The position numbers and the translations under genes were made by a program. The notes beneath the pieces were generated by a model. The model was not told the origin of the DNA and made no database searches. It saw only the letters and a program-made list of their open reading frames with translations. From Polyangiaceae bacterium (GTDB lineage: Bacteria; Myxococcota_A; Polyangia; Polyangiales; Polyangiaceae), in NCBI GenBank assembly GCA_965222375.1, contig CBDCTZ010000016.1:1568001-1632000 (forward strand): a stretch of 64,000 bases of DNA, written 5' to 3'. Numbering within the stretch: the first letter of the stretch is position 1; each line of letters begins with the position of its first letter. Below, in pieces: positions 20,614 through 30,850 of this stretch.

Positions 20614-20922
20614 CTAGGTCAGCGCGACAAACAGGCTGCCGATGAAATAGGCGAATCCGGCGGCGCCGGAGCAGACGATGAAGAGGGCGAAGCCCACGAG
20701 GGCCCAGACGCCCTTGCCGCGGGTTTGGTAGAAGTAATACGGCAGCGCGGCGATGTTGCAGAGGAAGGTCAGCAGCACCAGGACGCCGAAGCCGGGTTCT
20801 TGGGCGGTGAAGGACGCCACGGCCGTGGTGGAGTTCTTGCGAATCGCCTTGTCGATGAAGATGATCGCTAGTGTGCCGCCGAAGAGCACGACCAATTGCA
20901 GCAACCCCGGAAGCCACGCCAT
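20614..20922 (-). CDS. Small membrane protein (3 TM)
   Basis: Three hydrophobic stretches; TAGTCT 6 nt upstream of the ATG. Confidence 0.7.
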   Translation of the reverse strand: MAWLPGLLQLVVLFGGTLAIIFIDKAIRKNSTTAVASFTAQEPGFGVLVLLTFLCNIAALPYYFYQTRGKGVWALVGFALFIVCSGAAGFAYFIGSLFVALT

Positions 20923-21057
20923 GTCCGAAGACTACACGAGCTGGCTCGAGAGGTGCTGCCAGAAAACCGCTGCCGGTGCGTGCGGGTGGTTGGGTGTGGT
21001 AGGTGTGAGGCTTTCGCGCGTCCGATTGGGCTTTTGGCGCTGGTGTTTGTATCTATT

Positions 21058-21161
21058 CACCCAATGTAAGGGCCCGTTCTAGCCGCAGCAAGCAGGCCGT
21101 TCGGCAGCTCGCATGGGGTCTGTTCTATGCACCCAATGTAAGGGCCCGTTCTAGCCGCAGC
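21058..21161 (+). repeat. Two perfect 32-bp direct repeats separated by 40 bp
   Basis: CACCCAATGTAAGGGCCCGTTCTAGCCGCAGC at 21058-21089 and 21130-21161. Confidence 0.95.
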
Positions 21162-21770
21162 GGCATGCTCATGACAGCCTGCCCGAAACGCTCGTGCGCG
21201 GAGCCGTCTACTTCGTCGCCGCGGGTAGTTACGAAGACTACACCTTCGATGACGCGCTGGGCGAACGGATCACCGTGCGCAAGGCGACTGCTTCCGATCA
21301 CGGGACGGAGACTGGATGGTCGCCTGCCTACGCTGATGGGGCCGCTGTCTGGTCCGGATGGACGGTGAGTATGAGCGACTTGCTCATCGATGGTGCTGTC
21401 GGTGGCGGCCCCGGCTCCTGGCGCTCGGGCCACGGCTTTGAAGTCATCCGCGACATCCCCAAGTCGTGCTCGGGTGGCGTCGCGCTGCTCCGGTTCACCG
21501 GCGATGTCGAACGCGTCACGATCCGCCACGCGCGGCTGTACGCGCCGAGTAACGATTATCCGGTGCGCGGCCTCGACGCAACCACTGGCACCGGACACAA
21601 GATTACGCTGTCTCACGTCGCCATGCACACGCTCTTCACTCAGGCGATCTACTTCCGCGAGTGGTCGGACTCGGTTATCGAGTATTCGTACGTCGCGGAT
21701 GTCCGGTCGACTGGAGCAGGAGATGCGTTCTGCGACCACCTGCACGGTGAAGGCGTTGCCACGTTGCCCG
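21162..21770 (+). pseudogene. Internal fragment of a secreted beta-helix-like protein
   Basis: Protein-like LPETLVRGAVYFVAAGSY...KATASDHGTETGW...IDGAVGGGPGSW. In-frame TAG at 21152 with no signal peptide; the end runs into the antisense of the next gene. Confidence 0.55.
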
Positions 21771-22736
21771 GGGGCCGACCCAATAGAAGATCGCTCCGAT
21801 CATGCCGCCACCGCTGCTCTCGGCCTTCTTGGCGGCCACCTTCACGTGCCCCTGGTGGGCGAGCTGGAAGCTCTGCGGGCATAGCGCCATCTCGGGGTGC
21901 GCGTTGATGATCTTTTCCATCATGGCGCGCCCCGCGAAGCCCTCCCGGCCCATCCGATCCCGCAACGCTTGGACTGCGGCGTCGTGTTGGCCCATGCGCT
22001 CCAGAGCGTTGGCGCGCAATACGGCGCTCGTCGGGTCCCAGGCGTCGGCGAAGGGATAGGCCTCGTCCTGCGGCCCCAGCATGTGGAGCACCTTTTGGAA
22101 GTCTCCGCGCACCGTGGCCACGAAGGCGTGCGCAATTCGATACGAGGAATCCGCTTCGATGTCGTCCGAGCGCGGGTCGCAGGGTTCGAGCCACTTGTCC
22201 GCCGACGACAGATCACGCTCCTTTGCAGATGCCGTGGCGAGCATGCAGCGAATGACCTGGATGTGCCGCGGCAAGAAGACCGTTTCGAGGGTCGTCTCGA
22301 GTAGCGCGCGGCGGCGCGCGTCGTCCTTCGTCGTCGTCAGATGCGTGTTGAGCATCAAGCTGAGGAAGTACAAGCGCTCCGCGGCCTCGGCGCTGTGGGT
22401 CGCGACCACCTCTTTGCGCGTGGCCTGGTAGACGTGGAAGGCCTCGTTGATCTTCGCGTCGGCCAGGCCGGCAGGGCCCATCAAGGACTGCAGGGACGCC
22501 GGCGGCACCATCGGTTTTCCGTCCTGCATGCGGAGCCGGCGCAGTCGTTCGTTTTCGTCCACCGGGAGCGACTTCGCGGGGGTCGCGAAGCCCTCCGGGT
22601 TGCGGCGCAGGACGTGGTTTTGGACCCGGCAGTAGCTGCAGGCTACCACGCCGCCATCGGCGCCCACTTCCAGGGGCGCGCCGCAGGACTCGCACAAGAG
22701 AATGCGGACTTCGGTGGTGTAGTTGTTGCGCGGCAC
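21770..22736 (-). pseudogene. Zinc-ribbon plus TPR-like protein, 3'-truncated at the start of a TM helix
   Basis: CESCGAPL...CSYC, helical repeats, then GGGMIGAIFYWVG followed by non-hydrophobic read-through to a stop at 21675. Confidence 0.65.
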
Positions 22737-22945
22737 GTCGCCACGCAGACTACCCTGCTCACGAAGCGATTCCCACTCTGCAAACGCGCTTAGCGCGGCG
22801 CGAGATTGAGTGCTGGGTTCGGTGGGACAGTCTTCGGTCCCGTGCCGGGGGGAGCCGCGTTGCCCAGGGCGAGGTGCCGATGACGCGCAGAACCGACACA
22901 TTCAAACCAAAAAAGTCAGGTGAGGGGCAGGCCCGAGCGTCGATG

Positions 22946-23617
22946 CTAACTCGCGGCTGGCGGTTCAACGTTGAAGTCCACGGTTACCGTGGTGGTGACG
23001 CGCTTCTTGTTGGTGACGGCGAGCCCCAAGTCTTCTGCGGACATGCGGGCTCTGCTTGGCGCGAACCCTTCCGGCGCTGCTGGTACCGCGTGGCTGGCCA
23101 GAGGTGCGGTGCCCTCGACGAGGCGATGAACGGAGAGCAGCCGCACGCCAAGTGCCTTGGCGACGGCACTTGCTTTCACTTCGGCTCGCTTGGCCGCTGC
23201 CGCGAGGCGGCGTGCTTCGCCCTCTGCTGACTCGTCGTAGCGCCACACGGTTTGCGTCAGCTGCGCGTTCTTCTGCGCTGCGATTGCACCCACCACGTCG
23301 CCCAAAGTTTCGATGGCCTCGCAGCGGATCTTCAAGGTGTACACCGCCGACGAACTCTTGCTCAGTAGCCCACTGGTCGTGCGCGCCTCGATGCGTTCCA
23401 CGCCGATGGACCTCTCTTCGATTCCGACCTCCGCCAGTGCTGAAACCAGAACAGCTACTTCTCGAGCTTTCTTCAACGCCGCGCTGCCGGTGACCAATGA
23501 AGAACCTTCGACGGTGACCAGCAGATCCGCTTGGTCCGCGTCTACGTCTTCGTTTTCGCTGGCCACGATTCGGATCAGGTCTCGTTCGCAGCGCTCGTGG
23601 TGGGATGTGTGTGCCAT
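22946..23617 (-). CDS. SIMPL (DUF541) domain protein
   Basis: DVDADQADLLVTV, AAAAKRAEVKASAVAKALGVRL, VTTTVTVDF pattern. Confidence 0.85.
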   Translation of the reverse strand: MAHTSHHERCERDLIRIVASENEDVDADQADLLVTVEGSSLVTGSAALKKAREVAVLVSALAEVGIEERSIGVERIEARTTSGLLSKSSSAVYTLKIRCEAIETLGDVVGAIAAQKNAQLTQTVWRYDESAEGEARRLAAAAKRAEVKASAVAKALGVRLLSVHRLVEGTAPLASHAVPAAPEGFAPSRARMSAEDLGLAVTNKKRVTTTVTVDFNVEPPAAS

Positions 23618-23650
23618 GCGCTGAGAGCGTTACACCCGGCCGTTGCTGGC

Positions 23651-24856
23651 CTAGTTACAAATCCCCCCGCTGATGTTGCCTAGTTGGGTGCAAGCTTGCG
23701 TTGCGCCGTTGGCTTTCTCGATCAGTTTTTCGATGCGGCAGTTGACCGGGTCGCTGGCGTTTTTTCCCCAGGTGAACTTCGCACCTTTCGGTTTGGTGCC
23801 GCACCAGGTGCCGCAGCCGGCGTCATCCTTGAATTGATTGGCAAACTCTGTCGGGCATTGATCTTTGTAGAGCGTGCAATAGGCGGCGCAAGCTCCGCCG
23901 CACTGGGGAGATGCTGGGCCCGCGGAGTCGCATAGACCGTTGACGACCTTCGGGATCCGGCACGCGATGGTGTTGGCGGCCTGGTTGAAGGCCCCAGGAG
24001 TGAAGATCGGACAGGCTTTCAAGCAGGTTGCCGCGTTCTTGTACTGGAGCACAGTCGCACCGGAACAACCCTCCATCACCATGGCGCAGTACTGCCCGCA
24101 GTCGACATTCTGGCGACACTGTGCGACCTGGTTGTTCTCGTTGAGGCAGCCACTGTAATATTTTTCCCCGCTGCTCAGGCACGAGGAGCTAGGGCTGCAT
24201 GGGCTGGAGAGCAGCGCCTCGATCTGCCCTTTGCAGGCCGCGTTAGCGCAGGCCTCGGCGCATTCGTAGTAGGGCAGGGTGCCGGGTGTAGGGGCGCTGC
24301 ACGAACTGGCGCAATACTCGCCGCACTTGGACGCGCCCGCCGCGCTGCAGGGCTTTGCCGAGTCGCCGAATGCTTCGGCTGGGATGCAGCCCAAACCATT
24401 GAGTTCGTCTAAATAGCCACACAGTCCGTTCGGCATGCAGCAGCCTGCGAGACCGTGAGTTGACTGAGTGGGGCAGGAACTGTCGGCGGTGCCGGGCGCG
24501 TTCGCCTCCAGGCAGCCGACGCCGTAGGCGGTGACGACGTTGCCGCACACCTTGCCCTTGGTCGGATGATCGTAGCAACACTCCGATAACCCGGCGGGTG
24601 GTGAACACGAGCCACACTGCCCTGTTCCTCCAGTGCCGCTGCTTCCGCTCGCGCCGCCGGCGTTACCTCCGGCACCGGAGCTGCCTCCGGTTGCCCCTGC
24701 GACCCCAGCGGTTCCGCCGCTTCCGCTGCTCGCCCCAACACCGCCGGTGTTTCCGCCAGGCAGTACATCGACCTCGTCGTAGGTCGACACTAGGCAGCTG
24801 GATGCGATCAATCCCGACACCAGGGTCATGCCTCCGAGGAGGTATCGTGCGCGCAT
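23651..24856 (-). CDS. Cys-rich lipoprotein
   Basis: IASSC lipobox, Gly linker, repeated CxxYC motifs; start overlaps the upstream stop. Confidence 0.85.
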   Translation of the reverse strand: MRARYLLGGMTLVSGLIASSCLVSTYDEVDVLPGGNTGGVGASSGSGGTAGVAGATGGSSGAGGNAGGASGSSGTGGTGQCGSCSPPAGLSECCYDHPTKGKVCGNVVTAYGVGCLEANAPGTADSSCPTQSTHGLAGCCMPNGLCGYLDELNGLGCIPAEAFGDSAKPCSAAGASKCGEYCASSCSAPTPGTLPYYECAEACANAACKGQIEALLSSPCSPSSSCLSSGEKYYSGCLNENNQVAQCRQNVDCGQYCAMVMEGCSGATVLQYKNAATCLKACPIFTPGAFNQAANTIACRIPKVVNGLCDSAGPASPQCGGACAAYCTLYKDQCPTEFANQFKDDAGCGTWCGTKPKGAKFTWGKNASDPVNCRIEKLIEKANGATQACTQLGNISGGICN

Positions 24857-25887
24857 CAGAAGTGCCCTCCCACAGCAACCGAGCCAAGGCCCACGCTCAC
24901 GCGCGGGGTGTTGCTGCGCTTTGCCGCTGGTTGCGTGTCGCCGGCAGTGAAAATCATCACGAGTCCAGCGCCAACCCCGACGGCGCCGACGGCAAACCCG
25001 ACCGTCGAGATCGTGCGCATGGTATTGAGGCTTTGCAGATCCGAATGCACCGTTGCGTCGCAGACGCCGTCGCGGCAGTGCCCGCTGTCGTCGAGATCGC
25101 TCTTCTTACCCATCGCCAGCACCCCGGTCACGGCGCCGGCCGCTAGCCCGACACCGCCGACGCCAAGGGCAATGTAGGCCAAGGTCGGCGGTCCGCTCGA
25201 GCCCCCAGCGTCAGCTCGAGGCGAGCCCGGGTCAGTTTTCGGTGAGCCCGCTGGCGGGGTTGTTGGCCCGGGTGCGGCCGCGGCCGTTGCGTTGGGATCG
25301 AACTTCAGTTCCACAGTTCGGCTCTTGCTCTCCTCGAGCTTGACCCGGACCTTTTGAACCTGCCCTTTGTAGCGGGCTTCAATGCTGTGACCGCCAGGGT
25401 CCACCGGCTGGCGGATGCCGAGAAGTCCGGAATCCATCGGCGCTCCGTCCATGGTCGCTTGCACTTCCTCAGAGGGCGCACCCACCACTTTGATGGTCAG
25501 GCCGGGAATCTTCGGCATCAAGGCGGCGCGTTCTGTGGCAGCGTCGGCCTGAGCTTGCTTGTGCTTTTCTCGGTTGGATGTCGGCAACGCTGCGCGCGTC
25601 GTTTCCAAGTAACGCTCGGCCGCCAACACGTAGCGTCCCACCTTGACCAGGGCGCGGGCCGACCAGAGCCCGATCACAGGGCCCTTGAGGAGGGCGTAGC
25701 CCTTCTCCAACTTCTTGCTGGCCTCGGCGTACCTGCCTGCTTGGTAGTCCTTGACGCCTTGGAAGCTCACTTCGCGTGCGGCGGATACTTTTGCGGCGTC
25801 GGTTTGGGCCCACGCTGACTCAGACGGCAGTATGCATAGCCCACCAGCCAGCAGAAGGAGCCGGACCGTACGAAGAATACGACTCAT
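24856..25887 (-). CDS. TPR plus PEGA-like membrane protein
   Basis: Signal MSRILRTVRLLL...AWA; GVKDYQAGRYAEA TPR; VDPGGHSIEA; two C-terminal hydrophobic helices. Confidence 0.85.
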   Translation of the reverse strand: MSRILRTVRLLLLAGGLCILPSESAWAQTDAAKVSAAREVSFQGVKDYQAGRYAEASKKLEKGYALLKGPVIGLWSARALVKVGRYVLAAERYLETTRAALPTSNREKHKQAQADAATERAALMPKIPGLTIKVVGAPSEEVQATMDGAPMDSGLLGIRQPVDPGGHSIEARYKGQVQKVRVKLEESKSRTVELKFDPNATAAAAPGPTTPPAGSPKTDPGSPRADAGGSSGPPTLAYIALGVGGVGLAAGAVTGVLAMGKKSDLDDSGHCRDGVCDATVHSDLQSLNTMRTISTVGFAVGAVGVGAGLVMIFTAGDTQPAAKRSNTPRVSVGLGSVAVGGHF

Positions 25888-25933
25888 GTTGGGAGGTTCG
25901 CCCGACTCGGCATGGGATGCAAATTCACGGACT

Positions 25934-27304
25934 CTAGTACATGTCTTCGGCAGAGGTCGGCCCCGACGGCTTCTTGGGTTTATCGGCCGTGGGCTTTGGT
26001 TTTGCCGTCGTGGGTTTGGGGGCCGGCCTGGCTTTCGTGGGCTTGGCTGTGGGCGGCGCAGCGGGCTCCGGAGACGCGACCGCGGCGCTCGGCTCGGCTT
26101 CGGGCACTGCAGCTGCGTCCGGTGACGCAGGACTTTCAGCACTCGGAGCTTCGGCACTGGCCTCAGCGGGAGCCTCGGAGCTGGGCGCCAGTTCGGCGCT
26201 GTTTTCGGGTTCTGTCGATGCCGCCGGGATTGGGCTCGCCGAGGCCCGGAGCGCAAATACGCCCCCGATGGCGAGCCCGGCGAACACCACTAGACCCACC
26301 GCCCCTAAGGCCACGAGAAGGCCCGCCTTGTTGCCCTTTTTGAGGCCAGGAACGGTCTGGGTCACTGGCTGTGCGGTCTGAACCAAAGGGGGCCCCGCCT
26401 GCGCGTCGGGGATCAGGACCACATTGTCCATGGTCGTATTTTCGTCGTAATCACCGGCGGTCGGGCCGCCGCACACCTGGCTGAGCGTCGCCGATGCCTC
26501 CTTGGCGGTCGCGAAGCGCTGGTCCGCATCTCGGTTTACGCAGCGAGCGAACCACTCGTCGAAGCCAGGTGGCACCTGGGCGACCTGCGACGGGATGGGA
26601 AGTGGGCGCACCATGATTCTCATCAGAAGGTCGCCCAAGCCATCGCATTCAAACGGACGTTGCCCGGTGAGGCATTCGAAAGCGATCACCCCCATGGCCC
26701 AAATGTCGGAGCGGCCATCGATCGCACTCCGGCCTTCCGCCTGCTCGGGGCTCATATAATAGGGTGTGCCCATCAGAGCTCCGGTCCGCGTCGTGGCGGC
26801 TACCTCCCCAAGAGGTTGCTGGAATTTCGCGATGCCGAAGTCGAGCACTTTGCAGACCACATCCCCGTCGACGTAGGTCAAGAAGATGTTGTCCGGTTTC
26901 AAATCCCGATGAACGATTCCGGCGGCGTGGCCTTTGCCCACGGCCCGCGACACGTGCCGCATGATGTGAGCGAGGAATTCCGGAGGAATACGGCTGTCGC
27001 GCAGGAGTCGATCGGCCAGGCTCTCGCCATCCATCAGCTCCATCACCATGAAGGGCACGCCTTGTTCCAGGCCGTAGTCCAGGACTTGGACCACGTAGGG
27101 GCTACGCAAGGCGGCGGCCGCTCGGGCCTCCCGAATGAAGCGTTGCTGAACTTCGTCGACCTGCAGCGCCTCGGCCAACACGAGCTTCACAGCCACGTCG
27201 GCGTGCAGAACCAGATGGTGCGCACGCCACACCTCGCCCATCCCTCCGGCGCCTATTCTGGACACCAGCTGGTACTTACCGGCGAGGATTTCCCCTTCCT
27301 TCAT
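25934..27304 (-). CDS. Hanks-type Ser/Thr protein kinase, single TM
   Basis: IGAGGMGEV, VAVK, HRDLKPDN, DFG, GTPYYMSPEQ. Confidence 0.95.
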   Translation of the reverse strand: MKEGEILAGKYQLVSRIGAGGMGEVWRAHHLVLHADVAVKLVLAEALQVDEVQQRFIREARAAAALRSPYVVQVLDYGLEQGVPFMVMELMDGESLADRLLRDSRIPPEFLAHIMRHVSRAVGKGHAAGIVHRDLKPDNIFLTYVDGDVVCKVLDFGIAKFQQPLGEVAATTRTGALMGTPYYMSPEQAEGRSAIDGRSDIWAMGVIAFECLTGQRPFECDGLGDLLMRIMVRPLPIPSQVAQVPPGFDEWFARCVNRDADQRFATAKEASATLSQVCGGPTAGDYDENTTMDNVVLIPDAQAGPPLVQTAQPVTQTVPGLKKGNKAGLLVALGAVGLVVFAGLAIGGVFALRASASPIPAASTEPENSAELAPSSEAPAEASAEAPSAESPASPDAAAVPEAEPSAAVASPEPAAPPTAKPTKARPAPKPTTAKPKPTADKPKKPSGPTSAEDMY

Positions 27305-27456
27305 CGTCGGTCAGCTAGCATAACCTCGCCACACCCGGGGCGCCACGCGCTTCCACAGCCGACTACGTATGCAAGCCAACTCGCCGCATGTTATCTTGCG
27401 GTGGGGCCGCCAGAAACGCTTCTGGGGATCGGCCCACTTCGATTAGGAGACGAAAA

Positions 27457-29274
27457 ATGCGCCGACTGGCTCTTGGCAGTGTGGTTTTGACGTTCCTTGT
27501 TTCCGCGGCTTGTTCGGGTAGCGATAGCAGTACCGGCGGCGGGGGTACTTCAACAGGTGGTAGCGCTGGAGCGAGCGGTAGTGCGGGTGCCAGTGGCGGC
27601 AGCGCCGGCGCGAGCGGCGGAGCCGCCGGCGCCACCGGGGGTAGCGCCGGCTCGAGTGGCGGCGCAGCAGGTGCGAGCGGGGGAGCGGCTGGAGCCAGTG
27701 GCGGCAGCGCGGGCGCGAGCGGCGGAGCCGCCGGCGCCGGTGGCTGCACCCAGAAGACCTGGTACCTGGACAGTGACAAAGACACATTTGGCGATCCGAA
27801 TGTCTCGTTACAGGGATGCACGCCGCCTGTGGGTTACGTCGCTGACAACACGGATTGCGACGACGCAGCGAAGACCACGTTCCCGGGTGCTCCCGAGCTC
27901 TGCAACGCCAAGGACGACAACTGCGACAACGCCGATGACGAGACATTTGCCTGCGTGCAAAACGCGCCTCTGACGTGTCAGACATCCTGCGCGAGCACCG
28001 GAACTGGCAACTGCACCGCGTCGTGTGCGGTGCCGACGGGGTCAGCTTGCAACCCGCCGAAGGAAATTTGCAATCGCAAGGATGACGATTGTGACGGAAT
28101 TGGCGACGAGAACCTGCTCGGCATCAAGCCAAGGACCCTCTTGAACAATACGTTCATCGAGCAGTACGGCACGCGTGCCGTGGCCAACACCGATGGGACC
28201 TTCACGGTCGTATATCGGCGCAATGTGGGCAGTAACGTTTTCAACGTCTATGCCCAGAGGGTCAGTTCGACTGGCGCCAAGAGCGGAAGCCCGGTCCCGG
28301 TGGCGGCTGGAGCCAGCTACGGCAACGGGATTTCGGATCTGGACGCTGTACTGGTCGGCAACACCCTGTACGTCGCCTGGGTCTCAGGCGGCAGCGCCAG
28401 TTCTGCGTATCTGGTCGGGCTCAACCCAACGACGTATGCCAAGACGAAGAATGTCCGAGGGTATTCGAGCACGTACACTAAGTCCGGCACTACGCGCGAC
28501 ACCAAATACGTCAAGCTGACCAACCCGGGAACCAAGCTCCACTTGATCATGATGACGCAGCGGAGTGACAACGCTTCGGCGCTCGAGCGCTACGACATCA
28601 CGCCGCCTGCGGGCAGCACTCTGCCCTCAGGCACGAACAAGATCTTCCTCTCGGGTGGCGTGCCTCCGGCCGCCTTTGGCGCCGCCGCGGGCAGCAACGC
28701 TTCCTACATAGCGTTCATGGACAACAACCACACTCTGTCCCTGATCCGCGATGCGGGCGGCACCGTCAACGGCGTGTTCGACTGGAGCATCGCAACGGTC
28801 CCCTCCGGCGGCCGAATTCGTTGGCCATCCGTGGCGGTGACTCCATCCAATGGCATTGGCGTTGCGTACGCCACGTATCCAGTGTCTGGGACCCGTTACG
28901 CTCGGTTCACCTTTTTCACGAGCTTCAATGGCACGGCCAAGACCATGTTGGTGAGTAGCTCACCCCCGTACTACAACTCGAGCACCGGGGAGAACTACGC
29001 GCAACGTACGGATCTCAGCTACTTCGCCCCAGGCAACTACTTCCTGTATGGCTGGAGCCGCGCGGTTAGTAACAACTTCTTGAACGATTTCCCAGATGTG
29101 CGGGCCATTTGGGCTGGAAGCACCCTGACCTTTCAGGATTTCAATCCGGGGATCACGTCTTCCAACGACAACAGTGAGGAGATCACCGTCGCGCAGGGCG
29201 CGACGAGCGCGATCTTGGCCTACGACCACACCGGTGGTGACGATATCAGCTCGAACCTGATTGGCTGCAACTAG
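27457..29274 (+). CDS. Lipoprotein with putative metal-binding (DCDD/PELCN) repeats and beta-rich C-terminus
   Basis: AGGAGA RBS; VSAAC lipobox; WYLDSDKDTFG...DCDD...FPGAPELCNAKDDNCD. Confidence 0.88.
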   Translation: MRRLALGSVVLTFLVSAACSGSDSSTGGGGTSTGGSAGASGSAGASGGSAGASGGAAGATGGSAGSSGGAAGASGGAAGASGGSAGASGGAAGAGGCTQKTWYLDSDKDTFGDPNVSLQGCTPPVGYVADNTDCDDAAKTTFPGAPELCNAKDDNCDNADDETFACVQNAPLTCQTSCASTGTGNCTASCAVPTGSACNPPKEICNRKDDDCDGIGDENLLGIKPRTLLNNTFIEQYGTRAVANTDGTFTVVYRRNVGSNVFNVYAQRVSSTGAKSGSPVPVAAGASYGNGISDLDAVLVGNTLYVAWVSGGSASSAYLVGLNPTTYAKTKNVRGYSSTYTKSGTTRDTKYVKLTNPGTKLHLIMMTQRSDNASALERYDITPPAGSTLPSGTNKIFLSGGVPPAAFGAAAGSNASYIAFMDNNHTLSLIRDAGGTVNGVFDWSIATVPSGGRIRWPSVAVTPSNGIGVAYATYPVSGTRYARFTFFTSFNGTAKTMLVSSSPPYYNSSTGENYAQRTDLSYFAPGNYFLYGWSRAVSNNFLNDFPDVRAIWAGSTLTFQDFNPGITSSNDNSEEITVAQGATSAILAYDHTGGDDISSNLIGCN

Positions 29275-29481
29275 CCAACAGGTTCGAGAACCGACGCGAT
29301 GGAATCGACGACATCTCCTTCGTGGGGCTGTCTGCCAACGGTGCGCGAAGGCGAGCCCGGGTTCGCTGAACACGCTGATCACGATCCGCCAGCGCCCCGA
29401 AAGCCGCGGCTGTCTGGACGGCCATCGAGCAGCGCAGCTTTGCGTACTATCTTTGACATCGGCGCGTGTCGATCCGGGAGT

Positions 29482-30015
29482 CTATTCCCTCATTCGCGCC
29501 TTCAGCGCGGCTAGCTCTTCGTCGACCTCTTGTTCTTCGGCTTCACGCGCTTTTCGGCGCGCAAGGGCCTGGCGGGCGCGGGCTTCGCGGATTTGTTCGG
29601 CGCGCTCGTGTCGAGAGTTCTCGTCGCTGCCTTCGTGCGGAGGAAGTTCCTTCACGCCGGCTTTGGCACTCAACTGGGCTGGCTCTTCACGGCTCTCCTT
29701 CTTGCTCGCGAAGCGCTTGCGCAGGCGACTGTAGCCAAACAGGGCCAGCAACCCGACCACGCCGGCCAAGATGAACCATTGCCAGTAGTTGATCACCAGA
29801 CCAACGACGCCGAGCACGATGAGCAGACCGACAACGGCGTAGATGATCAGCTTGGTGCGCCGGCGCTTCGCCTTCGCGGCATCCTCGGCTTCCTGCTGAG
29901 CCTTTTCTTCATCCGTGGAGAGCAGGTCTTCGACGGCACGCTTTGCGGCATTCTTCCCTGCGGCCAGAGCGGCCTGGGTAGCCAGGTCGTCGCTGATTCG
30001 CTTGCGCTCGGCCAT
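29482..30015 (-). CDS. Membrane protein with charged coiled-coil tail
   Basis: Two TM helices; C-terminal VDEELAALKARM; TAAGGT 7 nt upstream of the ATG. Confidence 0.8.
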   Translation of the reverse strand: MAERKRISDDLATQAALAAGKNAAKRAVEDLLSTDEEKAQQEAEDAAKAKRRRTKLIIYAVVGLLIVLGVVGLVINYWQWFILAGVVGLLALFGYSRLRKRFASKKESREEPAQLSAKAGVKELPPHEGSDENSRHERAEQIREARARQALARRKAREAEEQEVDEELAALKARMRE

Positions 30016-30195
30016 GGGGAATACCTTAGCAGCCGTGCAAAAGGCCTGGACCTGCTTCCACGCCGTGGCTCGGAAACGAGACCCAGGGCTCCCCCGTAGC
30101 TGTTTACGCAGTGTCAACCAATGGTTCCAACTCGGCGCATGCTGTGCGTTGACGGCTTCCATGCCAATTCGTAGGTTGCGGCCTCGTCCCTGAAT

Positions 30196-30669
30196 TTGTC
30201 ACCCAGCAGCATGTTGAAACGGCGCAAAGTCTGGTTGGCGGTCGGGCTGCTCGTGTTGCTCATGTTGCCCTTCTTGGTGGCACACCTGCGCAACGAGTCG
30301 GCGATTGGGGCGAGCCGAGATCAAATGGAATCCAGCTTTGGCAATAGTGCCAGCGTGCTCAAGGCGGATTGGGGCGTCGACAGCCGGGATGACTCTTGCA
30401 TTGCGTTGGTTGCAGTAGCTGTCGCGACGGAGCAGAAGCCGACGCAGCTTGCGGCGCGGCTGCGTGCGGGCGGCCTAAGCGTCGGTGTTGCTTGGAGTGA
30501 GCCGGGCAAACACATGGCAGAGACGCCAGAGGGCCATCGCATCCGGGAGTTGCCTGAGACGGTTCGCAAGCTACTCGACCAATGGTTGGTGATGCCCGAC
30601 GGTGTGAGTCGCGTGGTGGTGTTTCGCTACGCACCGCTGTCGCACAGCTGGGACCCGCGCTGCTTTTAG
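30196..30669 (+). CDS. Hypothetical membrane-anchored protein
   Basis: KRRK followed by a hydrophobic helix; start may be ATG 30211. Confidence 0.55.
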   Translation: MSPSSMLKRRKVWLAVGLLVLLMLPFLVAHLRNESAIGASRDQMESSFGNSASVLKADWGVDSRDDSCIALVAVAVATEQKPTQLAARLRAGGLSVGVAWSEPGKHMAETPEGHRIRELPETVRKLLDQWLVMPDGVSRVVVFRYAPLSHSWDPRCF

Positions 30670-30850
30670 CCTGGAGTGCAGTGTGCTGCCCGTCTGTGAT
30701 GCGGATCCATATAGGCCAAAGACAAGGCGATGGAGGCCAAGCTGCGCGCACGCTCTCACGAGCTCAACGGAAAAGCGTGTGAACGTGGAGATGCGTCGGG
30801 CATCGGAGCGGCTTGCCGAAGAGCTTCAGCGGCGAAGTAGCCCCTAGGGT

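Noticed and set aside
21058..21161. CRISPR array
   Set aside because: Only two repeats, no cas genes, no leader and no clear repeat hairpin; kept only as a direct repeat.
22801..22841. Extra copy of the bipartite motif (GAGATTGAGTG...CGGTCCC)
   Set aside because: Needs an insertion and two mismatches and lacks the A/C-rich tail.
27541..27740. GGSAGASGGAAGA coding repeats (also in other lipoproteins)
   Set aside because: Ordinary low-complexity linkers of myxobacterial lipoproteins, all in frame.
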